Assembly (NCBI GenBank): GCA_905178155.1
Contig: CAJINV010000001.1
Coordinates: 4,240,233-4,304,232 of the forward strand
Length of the DNA stretch: 64,000 bases
Direction: 5' to 3'
Source: Amoebophrya sp. A120
Taxonomy: Eukaryota; Protista; Dinoflagellata
Shown here: positions 61,250 through 64,000 of the stretch, piece after piece
How the letters are laid out: the number at the start of each line of letters is the position of its first letter
How positions within the stretch are numbered: position 1 is the first letter of the stretch
The notes under the pieces: generated by a model
The model's database searches: none
Seen by the model: only the letters and a program-made list of their open reading frames with translations
What the model was told of the DNA's origin: nothing
Translations under genes and position numbers: made by a program

Positions 61250-64000
61250 TTACATACCCATCGACTGCATCAGTCTTTCAAATTCTGAGCTGCCGTGCAA
61301 CCGACTCGGGTCGTTGAACCTGTCGTTGAACTTTATGTGCTGTGGGGGCAGCAGCAGGCCTTCCCGAAGCAGAAGGTTCCAGTATCCTGAGTAAAAACGT
61401 ACCCACACCAGAGTCAGGATGGGGAATCTGCTAGACAAATCAGCCAGCTTTGGTTGTTTGGCATGACAAGTTTGTCCGCGTAGTGTAGTGCTGTTTGAGC
61501 TAGTTTAGCAGCATTACAGATCTAGTATCTCGTGCTGATTGGAGCATGACAAATTTCAAAACCGCATTAGAAAATGCTTCTCATGGGGCTCCGCATGAGA
61601 AACAATTTAAGCATGCAGAGTTGCATGACAACTATGGTGTGGGTACGTTTTTACTCAGGATATCCAGACCAACATCCCTAGCCGGTGCAGCCGAGGTAGC
61701 TGGTACTTCTTCTGCACCTTCCTCTGGTGAGCTTCTACCAATTTCTTGAAGTACTCGCTGGCTTTGTCGTCCCGTTGCAGTCCGTGTTGTTGTTCGTCTT
61801 CGCCGTCGCTTTCGTTTTTGTCGCCTTGGTTTTTAATACTGTTGAACTCATCCTTGTCGTGGGTTCGTTGGAACAGGACTGATTTGAAGGTGTTCGTTTG
61901 ATGTATCATCTCCGCACCGCAGTGGTGGACTTTGCGCAGGGTCGTCCGTACGTTTTCGTCTCGCACTAGTGGGGGTGTAGACAGCGACTTCGATGCGGTT
62001 GGAGCTCCTTGCTTGTAGTTCCCGCCAGAAGACGACGAAGTAGAGGCCGCAGTTCTACTCTTAGTACCCGCATGATTGCTGCTAGCGGCTGGCTGCTCCT
62101 TCTCTACTTTTTGCTGCGTTTTCAAGTACACACAGAAACGCTCGTACTCTCGCATCCACGCGGATACGAGGTGGTGCAAGACCACGCCGGGCCGCGCGAT
62201 CGCATCCGTCTGCGCTTTCACGACGAATTCTAGCAAGCCGATGAGGTACGCAAACTCAAACTGGGTCATTCCGCATTTATCATTCGAGTCTAGCGGATCG
62301 TACCAGTTTCGGTCATAGACGGCGTGCAGTTCCAACCGCGAAGCTGACGGCCCGTCGTGATAATTTGCATGTAGAATGTAACTAGCACCCAGTGGGCGAA
62401 TCGCGTCCTCTTCCTCTGCTTGCTTCGCCTGCTCGCAGTCGGTTTTCGCATCCCGTTCCGCTTCCGCTTCTAGCTCTTCCTCCGTGAACTGCCCAGACTT
62501 TACACGCTTCGCGTGGCGTTTCTGAGATTCCTTCTCTCTCATCTTGATCTCCCATCCCCAGGGGAAGCAATGTTCGCGGTCTGCCACTTCTTGCAAAATC
62601 TGGCCCAAATGGCTCTCCTTTCCAAAAGACAGCTCAGTCTTGCCCGCCGGAACCAGACACTGCACCCGGGAGAGCCAATACAGCTGATCCACGCCTATGT
62701 CGTCGCCGAGCCAGCCAGTCTTCACGTCGCTGAATTCGGTGCGCTTCGACAAGCCGCTCAGAAAGTATTGCTTTTGCGTTGGCATGGTGTCCAAATGTCC
62801 GTGGTTGTGGTCCACGCGAGCGACATCAGAAAGCAAGTATTGGACCAGGTCGATGCTGCGGTATCGTGTGCCCATCATGACATTACTGGGCAATAGCGCC
62901 CGCTGCAGCAACGCTCCCTCCGCAATTTGCAGCTTCGGCTGCTCCAGTGGAGGTGGTGGACGACTACTCTTTTTGTCGTGATCCGGGTTTGGACGTGTCG
63001 GCGCCGCCCGAATGCCTAAACTACTGGACCTGTAATGTGGTTTTGGTTTGGGATTAATATTCTATACGATTTGGTCCTGTGTGGTTGTATTAGCACCAGA
63101 AAATCATTGCCAACCAGTACCTAGTGCATACTGTTTCTTTATCTTCATACGAATATGAATCTTCAGGACTATCAATTGGATGTAGGTTAATTCGCCAGTG
63201 GATACTGCAAAGATCCGTCCGGGTGAACTATGCTGTAAAAGAATCTCATCATCTTCTAACTCATGTAGAGGTGAGCCCGAGCGCCTCTTCAGGCAGCTTC
63301 GCGACGAAACTATTGCACTTTGAAGTTTTGTCAGGACTATCAATTGGATTTGGTTGTCTCGCCAGCCAGCCCTGTGAGGACCTGTCCGGGTGAACTATGC
63401 TATGAGTCTCATCATGATGGCATCTGCGCTCTCTTATGTGTGCCTGGTCAGTTGGAATTCTTGGATATTAATTTTCGGCTGGCACCCTATCCGCAGTGCA
63501 GCAGACAGTACAGCACGAGCTGAGATATTATCATCCTTGCAGGCACAAGCAACACGCTTCCCCTTCTAAGCCACAGAAAAAATCCCTGGGGGGGTAGCCA
63601 GAATAGCTGTGCTAAACACAGCATTCGGGCAAAAACCTGATATGAGAAAAAGAAATCAGCCTGCAATTCCAAGCGGATACACATGCAGCACGTAAAAGTA
63701 GAAGAAAAAAGTACAAGAATCTTGCCGCCGTGACGAGCTGTTCTCCCGCTCTGGCCCGAAAGTCCTCCTGGGTGAAGCAGCCAACTACTTTCTGCCTCAG
63801 GCTCGGATGCCGGGCCATGACTTGCTTCAGGCTGTCGCCGATTACGTCGCACCACCGGCGCCCGTTCAGGGAAAAATTGATGCTGATCGAAGGTTCCTCC
63901 GACACTGTGAAAACCTTGTGCCACATCCCACTGGGGAAGTACATAATGTCCCCAGGGAACAGATCGATGACGTCACAGCTCTCTTCCAGCGGTTCATCCT
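61250..64000 (-). CDS. JmjC/cupin-domain protein, 5'-truncated by the window edge
   Basis: LFPGDIMYFPSGMWHKV...SISINFS. GT-AG intron 63030-63714 (AARFL|SSSLG) and introner 61383-61662 (MLVW|NLLLRE). Confidence 0.8.
61383..61662. mobile_element. Introner family F, 280 bp
   Basis: Perfect 28-bp TIR tatcctgagtaaaaacgtacccacacca. Perfect TSD tccag. Confidence 0.96.
63488..63679. mobile_element. Degenerate TAT...ATA element nested inside a canonical intron
   Basis: Ends tatccgc ... gcggata. Flanks caccc/cacat (3 of 5 match). Confidence 0.4.

Noticed and set aside
1-64000. Autonomous transposase for the introners, dinoflagellate spliced-leader relics, rRNA/tRNA
   Set aside because: No DDE, reverse-transcriptase or recombinase ORF, CCGTAGCCATTTTGGCTCAAG match or structural RNA was recognised by eye; a computational scan is still needed.

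Overview
Eukaryotic, gene-dense window. About 18 protein-coding genes are present, all on the minus strand. The unidirectional gene block, Ser/Ala-rich divergent proteins and many non-GT-AG introns with terminal inverted repeats point to a syndinian dinoflagellate, most likely Amoebophrya. This is an inference: TAT-initiated inverted repeats and 5-nt direct repeats match what I recall being reported for strain A120. The main structure is a set of about 14 MITE-like 'introner' elements of 143-321 bp. Each starts TAT, ends ATA, carries terminal inverted repeats (TIRs) and is flanked by a 5-bp target-site duplication (TSD). For the 13 lying in coding sequence, removing the element plus one TSD copy restores the reading frame, and no GT-AG boundary is possible. 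Three further patterns emerge. (i) Members of one family occur in both orientations relative to transcription. (ii) Otherwise unrelated families share a bipartite end consensus. (iii) They also share a multi-copy internal motif, GCATGACAA and variants, often spaced at about 10-bp multiples. Recognisable genes: cytochrome b561, a SAM-methyltransferase-like protein, DUF1015, a DHX57/29-like DEAH helicase, an RRM/RGG protein, a SNF2-RING helicase, an Upf1/Sen1-like SF1 helicase, a VIT-vWA-DUF2135 protein, a sterol desaturase/fatty-acid hydroxylase and a JmjC protein. A 1508-aa membrane protein appears to hide a degenerate NRPS condensation-adenylation module. All gene models and alignments were made by eye.
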